From NCBI GenBank assembly GCA_043228905.1, contig JBHGNT010000012.1, positions 3,658,001-3,722,000 on the forward strand: a stretch of DNA of 64,000 nt. The letters are read 5' to 3'. This DNA comes from Azolla caroliniana (Eukaryota; Plantae; Polypodiophyta). The notes beneath the pieces were generated by a model that was not told the origin of the DNA, did not search any database, and was given only the letters and a program-made list of their open reading frames with translations. Shown here piece after piece: positions 50,901-63,100 of the stretch. How positions within the stretch are numbered: position 1 is the first letter of the stretch; the number at the start of each line of letters is the position of its first letter. A program made the position numbers and the translations under genes.

Positions 50901-51730
50901 CACGGTAATCTACAACGAGACGAAGCGATCCATCCTTTTTCTTGACGAAGAAAATGGGCGCGCCGGCTGGAGATTTCGAATGCCGAATGAATCCATTTTC
51001 CAAATTCTCCTCTATGTAGGCCCGAAGGACTTCCAGCTCGGTTGGTGACAAATTGTAGATCGGTCCCCATGGCGGCTCTTTTCCCGGTTCTAAATCGATG
51101 GGGCAATCGTACAGTCGATGATGAGGAAGTGTATTGGCTTGTACTTTATCGAACACATCGGCGTAATGACGATACTTCTCAGGAAGTTGAACGGTGGATT
51201 CTTCTTTAGTGGTGCTGGAGGGGTTTACTGATATTGCAAAGAGGAACATTTCCTCCTTGCGCCCTTCTTTACGCAACTGATGTAGCGAAATGGTTGCCAT
51301 CTTCTGAGTTGACCCTTGGGTTTGTCGACACCGGATTTCTCTTGTTCTCCAATCTATGTCTGGGTTATGTAACTCGAACCACGGCAATCCTAAAACTATG
51401 GGTTGTTCTGGGATACTAATAATATTAAACGATACTACACATGCTAAGTTATCTAGGACAATATTAATGGGCTCTGACTCTTCTATGATATTTCCGGAAG
51501 CAATGGGACGTCCATCAATGACTACTACAGAGGCTGGACACTAGAGTTTTCTTAGGGATATCTTATAAGCTTGAGCAAATTTCTTATCCATAAAGCAAGA
51601 GTTAGCTCCGGAATCTAGGAGTGCTAGGACATGTACTGGAGGGGTACTTTTAGTGCTAACTATTACTTGGGCTACGAACACATCATTAACTTGCTTAGAG
51701 GGAATGGAACCACTAATGGGTTGCACAGAT

Positions 51731-51783
51731 CTAGGGTTGTCCAACCAAACGGCTCCTATTTTGGCTGGACTTTGTCGTTTAAC
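51731..51783 (-). promoter_or_regulatory. Putative -1 frameshift signal G UUA AAC plus stem-loop/pseudoknot (H)
   Basis: Slippery site 51783-51777, 6-nt spacer, 11-bp stem GTCCAGCCAAA/TTTGGTTGGAC. The -1 frame reads into the protease. Confidence 0.75.
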
Positions 51784-52968
51784 TCTTCTTCTAACTGACT
51801 AAGGACATCAAATCTGTTCGCTAGATCTGGGCTATTAGTACTATTAGGAATATCAGATATCCCTACTGAAATAGGCTCGGGTTTAGTACAATTAGAACTA
51901 GCGACTATTTGGTTTACCTGTCTTCTTGGCCTATGGGGGCAATTTATTGCAATATGTCCTGGTCCACCGCAGTAAAGACATAGTCGATTTGTACGGCGTC
52001 GTTGCTTTTCTTCTTCGGATAATGGCCCTCGACGACGTGTAGTGTCAATCTCCATCGGAGTCGGAGTATTCGCTGGAGGCGCATTATATGAATCCCTTGG
52101 AAAAGGTCTTGCTACCACTGAGGCGTAGGTGGGCTCTGATCTTGCCCTCGGCATCTGTAGTTGTCGTTCCAAACGTCGCTCAAAGAGGCGGTTGTCACAT
52201 CTCACCGCGCGACTGATTGCTTCTGTTAAGGACTTTGGCTCTTCGGGGAAGGTCAAGAGTAAATCCTTGACGTCGTTGCGTAAACCATAACGGAATTGCT
52301 CCATCAACGCTTGATCATCCCAAGGGATATCGGTGGCGAGTAGGCGAAAATCTGCAACGTATGTGGAGGCTAGACGATCACCGAATTTTGTTGATTGCGG
52401 TCCTGATGCTGTCAGTATCTCCGAAACATGCTTTAAACTCACCTAGAAACTCTTCAAAATTGTTGAGTAACGGAGATTCCTTTTCTAGTAGTGGAGTGAA
52501 CCATGCCAACGCTGAGCCACTTAACAAAGTGCCTACTAAACCCACTCGTGATGCATCGGTGGGATATCGGGAAGGATGCATTTGAATAACTAATCGTACC
52601 TGGTTAAGGAACCCTCTAAACTGCGATCGCGTTCCATCGAACTTCGTGGGAAGACCAATCTTGGGTTCTTTATGAATCCCTTGTGTTCCGGGCCCTTGTT
52701 GTTGCATCGCTACGATGGTTGCTTCGAGTTATTGCACGCGTAACGCAAGTTCCCCATGTTGTTGTTGCGTTTGCTGCTTTTCTAAGGAGATTTGTTGAAG
52801 ATCCCCCATCAACAGTTGGTTTTCTTGTTCCAAAGCATGGAACTTCTCTTTCAAGCATTGAAATTCCGAGAAAACAGATTGATATTCTTCAGCGCTAGCA
52901 GTGGCCATGGGATGAAAGAAAAGAGGAATAAGAGATTAGTAGGAAATGAGAGAGACAGAAGGTAGGAA

Positions 52969-52980
52969 AAATCGGTTCAA
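52969..52980 (-). other. Self-priming PBS of H
   Basis: TTGAACCGATTT lies 2 nt from the 5' LTR and is complementary to LTR 53205-53194. No tRNA-type TGG PBS is present. Confidence 0.8.
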
Positions 52981-53085
52981 ACTGTCAGGAACAGTACGAA
53001 GACAGAGAAGGAATTAGTACTAAAAGAAGTATTAGTACTAAGAGAGGTGAAGAACTCTCGAGAGAAGGAAAGAGTGAGTGAGAGG

Positions 53086-53125
<40 letters not shown>

Positions 53126-55904
53126 GTGATGATAAGAAGAGATATATATTATATGAAGAAAATGTACAATAGCTAGGAGGCTTAAGACTGGCGTTGAACC
53201 GATTTGGTTCAAAATCTACGGAATACTCCTGAAGTTTCTAGAATGTTCCAGAGAAATCTGGAATATACATCAATTTTCTATAATAAAACATAAATGAAAA
53301 TAATATTCTACGTATTACAATGTATAGTCTAATGGTCAAGAGCTCGACCCATGTAGCATAAGGTTAAGGGTTCGAGTATTGTCATATCATGACATCAGGT
53401 TAATTTCCGACCCGTGGTCGATTAATGCCACCACCAGTTCCTTTACGTCCCCGATACAAATTAGGGTTTCTGTAGTCGCTCTTGCCCAGTGCAGCCTGGC
53501 GTAGTGGCTCTCCGCAAGCTCATCTTCCGCGGCCATCTCGTCGAGGAGTGCCTCCCTTACCCCAACCAACTTCTCGGCCTTAGGCTCCGTCGCGAGACAC
53601 TTTCTCTTCACGAGGTCCATGATGCTGTCGTGGAATTCCCTTTTTGCTATGCCAAGCACTTACCTAAGCGTGAGTTCTACGCGACTGTCGAGAACTCACT
53701 CCTCTAGAACTTTCTGTAGGTTCGTTATTTTCTCGATCTCCAAGCTTAAACGGAAACTCGGAACCCTGCCTTTCTCCTTCTCCTGGGACCCGATCAGAGT
53801 GGCATCGTGCTTTTCAGCGTGCTTCGGGTGTCATACCTCCCCGAAGGGCCCGCTCCCCCGGTTTTCCCCGCTCGCCTTTCGTCGACCAGGGCCTCGTAGT
53901 TCCTGCACGCGGCCTCCACAAAGTCAGTGCTCTCCTCAACGGGGTCACTCCAGCCGGTAACTCCACGCACACACTCCTTCGCACGCTCCGCTTCTCCCTT
54001 ATGCAGCCTTCCTTCGGACACGGTCTCGAGAATAACCGGCCAGAACCTAGGGTTTGAATCGGGTTTGGCCACCCTTTCACCTACACGGATGCTGACCGAA
54101 GCTGAGTAGTGGACGGCTTCGACGTGCCGTGTTGCGACCTCTTCCATTAGCCTCCTCATTCCACCTCGTCCGAAATTCGCGTCAAGAAATCTTCGTGTGT
54201 CGCTCGCATGTATCATGCCATTCGAAAGATAAACTACATTACTTCTGAGCGCTTCACCGAGGTCAGCGCAGTCTCTTCGAGAATGTCCGGTGGTGTTGCA
54301 CCATATGCGTCTCTGATTGGCTGGCAGTCGTCGGTTGCACAGTTGACCCTCGTCGCTTCGTCGGGCCTGGGCGATCTGGAGGTCGCGAACCATCCTTGTT
54401 AGTTCTTTGAGTCCTGCGCCACCTGTAGGCCCCGCGACTACGTTTGTCGGGGGTGGGCCTATCTCGAGCCACCTCCTCGTTTCTTCCATTCGTGTCGGTG
54501 TCGGCTCAGCTCTGGTTTCGACAACTGGTTTGGCCGGCGAGGAACCCCTATCTTTCCAATCTCGGCGTTTGTCAATACTGCTGCACACTTCTTTGACAGT
54601 CGCCTAATCAGTCGTGAGACCGCGATGGTTTTCCAGAAGGACGCACGAGTCAAACGACATAACGAAGAACAGGACTTTGCTTGTTTCGAGCACGGTTTGG
54701 TCCAATCTAGGGAGCCGCGCAAACCGTGACTCGAACTCCTGGAAGAGCGTCGAAACGTTTTGACCCTTGTTGGGGTTGTTGACCCAATCCATAAAGTCCT
54801 TTCTCGATAGCCGGAGTGAGTCGTTGTAGCTGTATCTTTCGAGAACTTCCTCTGCGAATTCCGCCTGTATTTCGACCATCTCCGTATGGATGTGTGGTGT
54901 CATGACACGGGGAAACCCTGTCAGTCGTCTATCCACGGGTATATTCCTCATCTACATTTCAGATTTGTAGGCCTTTAAGTAACTCGTGGCGTCTTTCCCA
55001 CTGAACCGGCCTATCTTGTCGACCGTTGCTTCTATGGCCCTGTCGAGGGCATTCACACCCTCGCGAGCGCTAACCAGGCGGTCTACCGCCACAACCATTG
55101 CTTCTGCAAGTTCGCTCCCCCTCATTTTCAGATTCCTTTGCCGCCCCTCTTCACGTCGGGCTCACCAAATGTGTCAAGGAAATCCTCGCGGATGCGTAGA
55201 AGTTGGGCAGGATCGTGGGGGTCTTGAACCAAGGAATCAAGAAATGGGGAGGAAGAGTTTGTGGTTTACGTGAGCCCTACGACCGCGGTTTAAACAGAGA
55301 AGGTTAGCGAAACAAGAGAGATAGTGTAAGAGGATCGTGTGTAGACACAAGCACGAACAAAGATGCTAAGAACAACTTGCGTTTTGCAGATAAGTTTTTA
55401 TTAATCAATATATGCGCGTAGCGCTGTGGGTGATTACAACCGGATCAGTGCCGGTGGTCGAGCGTAAGCTCTACAGTAGTCAGATACAAAGTGGAGTTGG
55501 CACACAGAAGGTCTATCCCCGGTCGGGAGCACTCAGGCATCTGACACGAGTAGGGGAAGCGCCTTCCGGTGATCTCTCGTAGGACCCCGCGCCTGGTCTT
55601 CTCCCCGTTCCCTTTCTCCTCTCTCGATTACTTCCACCCCCCCCCCCCCCCCCCCCCCCCAAAAAAAAGACTTCCCCAAACAGTCAAAGGTCGCCCCCTT
55701 TATAGCCCAAGGAGGGACCATTACAGGGCATTCATGACTTGTCGCTTTCCCTTCCTAGATTCTTCCCCCTGATTCGCTCTCCTCGTAACTCTCCCTACTT
55801 ACGCGATGTACAAATCCCTATTAATGCCTTAACTACCTATGCCTAGTACTTACACTATTTAATTCACTATTAATGTCGAGCGATATTCCGTGCATTTCTT
55901 TACA

Positions 55905-56475
55905 AGAAATTGGGCCCACCGAGCTTGTCGTCTATTTAATACTCGAGTTGTTTGAAAATATGTGAGATTTTTGTGATCACTATAAATGATAATGTCATGA
56001 GGAGATCCTTCTAGAAAATGACGCCATTGCTCGAATGAGTCAACCACAACTAGTAACTCCTTGTCATGCACCTCATAGTTTATCTCCGAAATTGTAAATT
56101 TTCTCGAGTGAAATGCGACTGGATGAGTTTGCCCGTCCTCACCTAGTTGCGATAGGATACTCCCCAATGCGAAGTCTGATGCATCCACCTCAATAGTAAA
56201 TGGCTTTTTGGGATCAATATGCGCTAGGATAGGTGCTAATGGGAATGCCTCTTCCAGCTGAGTAAAAGCCTTGTCCGCTTCGATACTCCAAAAAAATGCT
56301 TGATTTTTCTTGGTGAGTTGGGTGATGGGCAACACAATTCTTGAATAATTATGTATGAATTTGCGATAGAAGTTCGCAAATCCGAGGAAACACTAGACTT
56401 CCCAAAATGAGCATGGGGGTTTCCATTCCAATATTGTTTGGACTTTTGCCGAATCCATGAAAATACCCTTGGATG
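55905..56475 (-). mobile_element. Tcn1-like RT/RNase H fragment (I)
   Basis: FLGFANFYRKFI, EVDASDFALG, NYEVHDKELL, NRRQARWAQF. Confidence 0.88.
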
Positions 56476-59400
56476 TGTTGAGAATCGATTCGCAAAACCA
56501 CAAGATCAACCGATGCTGAAAATACACTACACAGGCACACAACGACACAGTACACAAATATTTACATGGAAACCCTAAAAAATGGGAGAAAACCACGGGA
56601 GAGTAAGCTTCACTATACAATGGATATACAAGACAAAGATTACAACACTCTTTCTGAGTGTATCACCCTCACAGGGTTCTTGGCGTCTATTGTTACGCAC
56701 ACTTCTATTGTCATCACATCACTATGTTTGCCCTAGATTTATATACATACTAATACATCGTGTGGACTATTTACAATTGTAGCCATTGCTACATATCCTT
56801 ACTATTATTATTACTATAATAATAATAATCTGTTTAAATAATCGATTCTCTGTTGTCGACTCTTCGACTGTCAACTATCGGCTATTTCCGAACAATCGGT
56901 TCCTCCCACTGGAGGGACATATCCCCAACAAACTCCCCCTTCACTCCTGTGGGAGGGAGTCAATCAATCCTGTCTTCTGTCGACGGACGCTAAGTCTGTC
57001 CATAAGTAGGTTCTTCGTGAGCATGTCGGATCCATTGTTATCCGTGTGGATCTTCACAAGTGTAAATTCTCCTTCTTCGACTTTCTCCCGCAACCAGTGA
57101 TACCTTCTCTGTATGTGCTTGGTCCGGGAGTGATATGCAGCATTCTTGGCAAGATGTATGGCACTCTAGCTGTCACAGTGAAGCCAAGAACTCCCTCTGC
57201 TTCATCCCTAGCTTGTTGAGAAAATTTCTCATCCAGATAAGCTCTTTGTCGGCCTCTACCGCTGCCATATACTCAACCTCTGTAGTCAACAAGGCTACAG
57301 ACTTCTGCAGTTGTGATTTCCACGACATTGTTCCGCCTCCATAGGTCATCACGTACCCCGATTTGGATCAGCTTGAGTCTACATCTCCCGACATGTCTGA
57401 GTCGGTAAAACCTTCCAACACAAGTTTTCTGACACCATACCCTAGGCACAACCCGAGTATCCACTTCACTGCCCAATGTTCTCTTCCTGGGTTACTCATA
57501 TATCAGCTTACTGCTCACACATAAATGCTATGTCTAGTCTCGTATAGACCATAGCATACATTAGACTACTGACGGCCAAGGCATATGGTACCTTCCTCAT
57601 CTCGGCCTTCTCCTTCTCCCCTTTTGGGCACTTCTTTGCATTCAACTTGCAATTTGTCGGCAACACCGAGCTAACCGGCTTTGCGTCCAACATGTTGAAC
57701 CTTTCTAGGATCTTCGTCACATACTTTTGTTGTGACAACCATAGCACCTTTTGCGTTTTGTCTCGAACTATGTGCATTCCTAAGATCTGTTTAGCCGGTC
57801 CAAGGTCTTTCATGGCAAACGACCTGCCTAGAGTTTTCTTCAAGCTTCCAATCTTCCTTGTGTCTTGACCGACTACCAACATGTCATCAACATATAACAA
57901 GAGAATCAAGAAGTATCCTTCTTTGTACCTTTTGACAAACACACAATGATCGGCATGTGTTTTCTGGAACCGGTGTTCCATCATGAAGGACTCAAACTTC
58001 TTGTACCATTGGCGTGGAGCTTGTTTCAAACCGTACAAGCTTTTCTTCAGTCGACACACTAGGTTCTCTTTCCCTTTCTCCTCAAAGCCTTCGAGTTTCT
58101 GCATGTAGATTTCTTCTTCTAGCTCCCCATGCAAGAATGCGGTTTTGACATCCAACTATTCGATCTCCAGGTCCATACTTGCCACTATACTCAGAACAGT
58201 TCGAATGGATGTTATCTTCATGACTGGTGCAAATATTTTGTCGAAGTCGGCGCCCTTTTTCTGTTGAAAACCCTTCACCACTATGTGGGCTTTATACCTA
58301 GGCTCATTGTCAGCTTCTCCAGTCTTCACCTTGTCAACCCACTTATTCCTGAGTGCTCTCTTACCTTTCGGCAACTCTACTAGGTCGTAGGTGTAATTCT
58401 CGTGCAGGGATTCCATCTCATCTTGCATCGTGCTCAACCATTTCTCTCTTTGCTCATCGGCAATGGCTTCTTCATAGCACTCCGGTTCACCTTCATCAGT
58501 CAAGAGGATGTATTGATTGGTATATATTGTCGTTGCTTTCCTTTCTCTGAGTGGGTATCTCCTTCCACTCGTTGTTGGCTCTCTTTCGGATGTCTCTGCC
58601 AACTCTTCTCTCCGCTCGGGTTCCTGCACGTCAATTGCCATCTCCAGGTTGGACGACTCTAACTCATACTATTCAATTGACCTTAGCAGCTCTGCCGACT
58701 CTAACTCATAGTCAGTCGGTCTCTCCGAGTCGACCGACTCAGATTCGGCTGTGCCGACTGGTCGTCTCCGAATAGCCGACGTTGTTGGTTCAATTGCCCT
58801 TATATCGACGATAGTCGGGGTTGATTGGGGAGTCGTATCCGACTTCTATTGCTTCCATTCTTCAATCATCTTATCTTCAAGAAAGACTACGTCCCGACTT
58901 CTCACTACCTTCTTGTCAACTAGGTCACATAGCCGAACTCATCTTCCGAGTATCCCATGAATATGCATGCTTTCGACTTACTGTCGAGTTTTGACCTCTG
59001 ATCCTTCGGTACATGCATATACCCCAAACATCTGAACACTCTCAGGTGTTGGTAGGAGACATCCTTCCCTATTCACACCCTCTGTAGGAAATTCACCTTT
59101 TAATGGTACTGAGGGAGACCTATTGATCAAATAAACAGTTGTGTACATCACCTCAGCCCAATAGGATTTTGGCAGTTTCGCATGAGAGAGCATGCTCCTT
59201 ACCCTCTCCATGATTGTTCGATTCATCCTCTCTGCAAGCCCGTTCAACTATGGAGTCTTTGGCACTGTGTATTCGATCCGAATACCTTGGCACTTGCAGT
59301 ATTCCTCGAATTGCCCTCTATACTCACCACCGTTGTCAGTTCGAACTGCCTTCAACTTCCGACCCGACTCTCGTTCAGTTCTAGCCTGGAACTCCTTGAA

Positions 59401-59916
59401 AACCGACTATACTTGATCCTTCGACTTCAGTACAAAGGCCCATGTCTTCCGACTATAGTCGTCAATGAACGTCACAGAGTATTGTCCACCTCAATGTGAT
59501 GGAGCATCCACATAGCACACATCTGTGTGTACTAGTTCCAATGGCACTTCTCTTCTCCTCAGTGGTTTTGTGTGGAATGTTGCTCTATTCTGCTTTCCGA
59601 CTAAGTAGTCGACACACTTCTCCAGGTGCACTCCCTTGACTTCCGGTAGAAGTTTCTTGTCTATTAGTAGGTGCATTCCCTTCTCACTCATGTGGCCTAG
59701 CCTCTTATGCCATATTTCTCCTGCTGAGTCGGCTGCCATATTCACTTCCGATTTGCACAGTCGGGCATGCATCATATACAATGTGCATTCTTTTTGTGCT
59801 CGGGCCACAATAAGATTTCCTGGGCAGAACTTCCACTTGCCATTCCGAAAGCTACCACTATAGCCTTCGTCATCAAGCCTTCTACTCGATATCAGATTCA
59901 ATCTAATATCAGGAAC
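56476..59916 (-). mobile_element. Element J: 3' part of a degenerate Tnt1/Tork-like copia
   Basis: 3' LTR 56476-56930, PPT 56933-56941, RH, RT (LLLYVDD), IN and GAG-pre-integrase fragments. Confidence 0.9.
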
Positions 59917-60030
59917 TGTGAATGTAAACGTGCAGAAGCGTTAGACAGAACCGGCTCAGCCGGATAGCAACAGAGAATAAGTTGAAGGTTTAATGGAGAA
60001 GCTTAATACACAGAGAGTATACGTGGGAGA
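59917..60030 (-). mobile_element. U5 end of an E/F-family copia LTR, interrupted by the LINE
   Basis: TG start. CGTGCAGAAGC and GGTTTAATGGAGAAGCTTA match the reverse complement of the E LTR end. Confidence 0.65.
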
Positions 60031-60108
60031 GATAGATAGATAGATAGATAGATTATATTATCGTCTTCGGAGGTCAAATATGACCTATGAGACCAAAAAT
60101 ATTACATG

Positions 60109-63100
60109 TCACGTGATACGTGTGAAGGTGAGTAGCGACTCACGATGCTCAAGAACTTTGCCAATGAATGTTGCAATCGAGAGTGCACATCGTGGTTGTG
60201 AGAGAAATTCGTGCAAGGATTGGGCTCCAAAGAGATGTGGAAAGCATGGCCGAATATGATCAAAGGCAGAGCATTGTATCAAAGTGTGATACTCAGACTC
60301 TCGGACTTGTTTAGGGCAAAGTGTGCATAGTCGGTCACTCTCATCACTTGTGCCCCAACGCCCCGTCTCACATCTCAATGCATGCGAGCTAAGTCGCATG
60401 GAAGCAATGGTTCGAATGGCAGATATTGGGATGGGCTCTAATATGTAGCGATGTGTACGGCTTCCCCGTTCCGCGAAGAATATGGTTTTGTAGTTAGGTG
60501 CAACATTTATGGTATAATGTGTGAAGCGTGAGCCACCACATTTTTCCCATGTCATGATACATTGGCGTTGCAAAAAGGCCTCATTTACAGAGGAATCTAG
60601 TGACGCATCATGAAGCAAGTGTCTTGCATCCCATCTACCAAACCATTTTTCTAAATCTTGCATCCAACCGGAACACAAAATTTTGCTTTTATGCGTCTTT
60701 TGGATCTTTTTGCTTGCTTCCCATGCAATTCGAGGAAGTCGATGTGCGGGGCTTTTTTGAATTTTAAGCATGTATTCAACAACCCTTTCCATGGCCATGA
60801 CCTCAATGGGAAGTGATCCCGTCTCAAGGAGGAGGAGGTTGTAGGGCGTTTGTTTCTTAACTTGTAGAAACTTTGTGAGAAAATGTTTTTGGACATTTTC
60901 AAACTCTTTCCAAGTAGATTTAGGGATGCTACCGCCCCATATTTCCACCCCATAGAGAAGAACCGGGGTCACCAAAGTGTCGAAAAGATATTTCTTGAGG
61001 ACCCAACACTTAATATCTCCAAGATTGCATGTGTTCTCAAATGCATAATATGCACGCTTACCCGCCTCTAAGCGGCGTGTAGCACATTCATTCCATTTAT
61101 GATTTGAAGGAACTTCAAGGCCAAGATATTTGAAGCTTTCCACACATTCAAGTGGCTCATTGTTGTACATAATGCATGGTTTATCTCTTTTTTGACTCTT
61201 CACAAGCATAATCTTTGTTTTAGAGCTATTGACACTTAATTTAGTATGCATGCAAAATTTTTCCAATGCCTTCATAAGCTTTTGTGCATCTCCTAAAGTA
61301 TTTGCAAAAAGCACTACATCATCCGCATATAACAAAAGCATAATCACCACATTCCCAATGGCAACTTCTTCAACACATTCTTCCTTTACAAACTTGGCAA
61401 CCATTTCTTCTAACTCATCAATGCATAGACCAAATAATGTTGGTGAGAGTGGGCATCCTTGCTTAACACCAATAGTGCTATTGAAAAAATCTGAAAGTCT
61501 ATCTCTCATACGCACACAACATATAACCTTCTCATATATTCGGGAAATTGCAAGCATATATTCACTTGGCACCTCAAGTTCTTCCATTCGCCTCCAAAGA
61601 TGCTCACGAGGTACCATATCAAAAGCTTTCTTGAAGTCTACAAAGCAACAATATAAACCTTTACCTCTAAGGCGACTTTCCTCCATTAATACTCGAAGAG
61701 TGACAAGATGATCAATTGTGCTATGGTGTTTTCGAAAGCCAGCTTGTCCATAAGCTCTCTTACCATTTTTTTCTGCCCATACACTTATCTTTAATTCCAT
61801 TATACATCCAAATAACTTTGCCATTAGTGAGCCAACCATGATGGTTCGATAGTTGTTTACATTATTTACATCTCCGCCTTTATGAAGAGGTTTAATCCAA
61901 TTTGTAGTCCAATCATATGGCATACCATGTTGCAATGCATCATTAAACATATCGCATATCCATATATGTGCTTCCTTTCCCGTCCATTTGAGCATTTCAG
62001 CTTTTATACATTGAAGATCACTTGCCTTTCGAGAGGCCAATTTCTTAAGCCCTATGCATATATCTTCAATTGTAAAGAAGGGAGACATATGTGAAAGAGA
62101 ACCATAACACATCATCTTTCCGGCAAGAGATAACTCATATAAATTTTTACAATGCATAGACAAGTCATGAAGAGTTAAGTCACCATAACTCTCAACACGT
62201 TTACCCTTTAGATTTCCCCAAAATTTAGCACATGCATGTGCTTTCTCTTGCGTTTGGAGAAGTTGTTGAGTAACTTCCCATATTCGTCTCTTTCTTTGAA
62301 TAAGCCTTTTATAGTCATGCAAATGCTTTTGATAATTTTCTTTATCCTTAACTACATCCAAAACCATAAGGCACTTTCGAGCTTCATGACATTCTTTATC
62401 AAACCATTTTTTCTTACATTTCTTGGTGCATTTCCATGATGTGCGATTGGTCGAAAAACATTTGTTTGTACAAGAGAGAATGACATTCTTAAAAGCTTCC
62501 CATTTACATTCTAGTGTGCCACCATGTTGTGTCTTTGTCATTTGTAGCATATCCTCAACCATCTTGGAATACATGGGCGCTCGCTTAAGATTCATGCTCA
62601 AATGCATTTGTTTGCTATCTTCAATAACCTTCTCGCAATCAAACCTATGCATACATTTGAGATCAATGCATAAAGTCCTATGATCGGATTCCGGTGTCCA
62701 TTCTCCAAGTGAGAATTTATGTATACGATCCAAAATACCTTCGGAAAGTAGCATATAGTCAATCACACTATTTCCATTGTGTTTTCTACATGTAAAGCCG
62801 TTAGTATTGGGCCATAAGGAAACACCATTTGCAATGAGCAATCCGGTACTATTGCACATTTGTAGGAGTAATTTCCCAAATTGGTCCGGATCTTTTTCAT
62901 CGCTAGAAGATCGACTATACATTTGCATATCCTCTTGCATCCTTGAGATATGGGGCATCAAAGATTCTTGTGAATCAAGTTGGAAACTTCTTGTACGAGC
63001 ATTCATGTCACCAAAGACAATAACTTCCCCTTTGGATTTGAAATAAACAATATCATCTTCTAGATTTGCAAAAGGTTGATCTTTATCCAAACAAGCATAG

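Larger units (their letters stand above)
47784..53394 (-). mobile_element. Element H: full-length but frameshifted Tcn1-like chromovirus
   Basis: LTRs 47784-48219 and 52983-53394, TSD TCATG/TCAGG, PPT about 48222-48232. PEG10/sushi-like gag, LLDSGA protease, YLDD RT, ADASD RNase H, integrase, chromodomain YEVAAILD...YLVDWLGY...TWEP. Confidence 0.95.
47190..55904 (-). mobile_element. Element G: Trp-primed non-chromovirus gypsy (Phygy/Selgy-like), gag-protease, 3'-truncated
   Basis: 5' LTR 55172-55904, PBS 55150-55167, gag (KIGRFSGKDATSYLKAY...), knuckle remnant, protease ALIDHGSEINL|MSMDFY...VILGEPY split by H. Confidence 0.85.

Noticed and set aside
51756-52707. Domesticated PEG10/RTL-like gene
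   Set aside because: It lies within a complete LTR element with a TSD and is frameshifted; the similarity reflects shared ancestry.
55637-55668. Poly-C/poly-A tract as a special element
   Set aside because: Homopolymer within the G LTR, with length prone to slippage or sequencing error.
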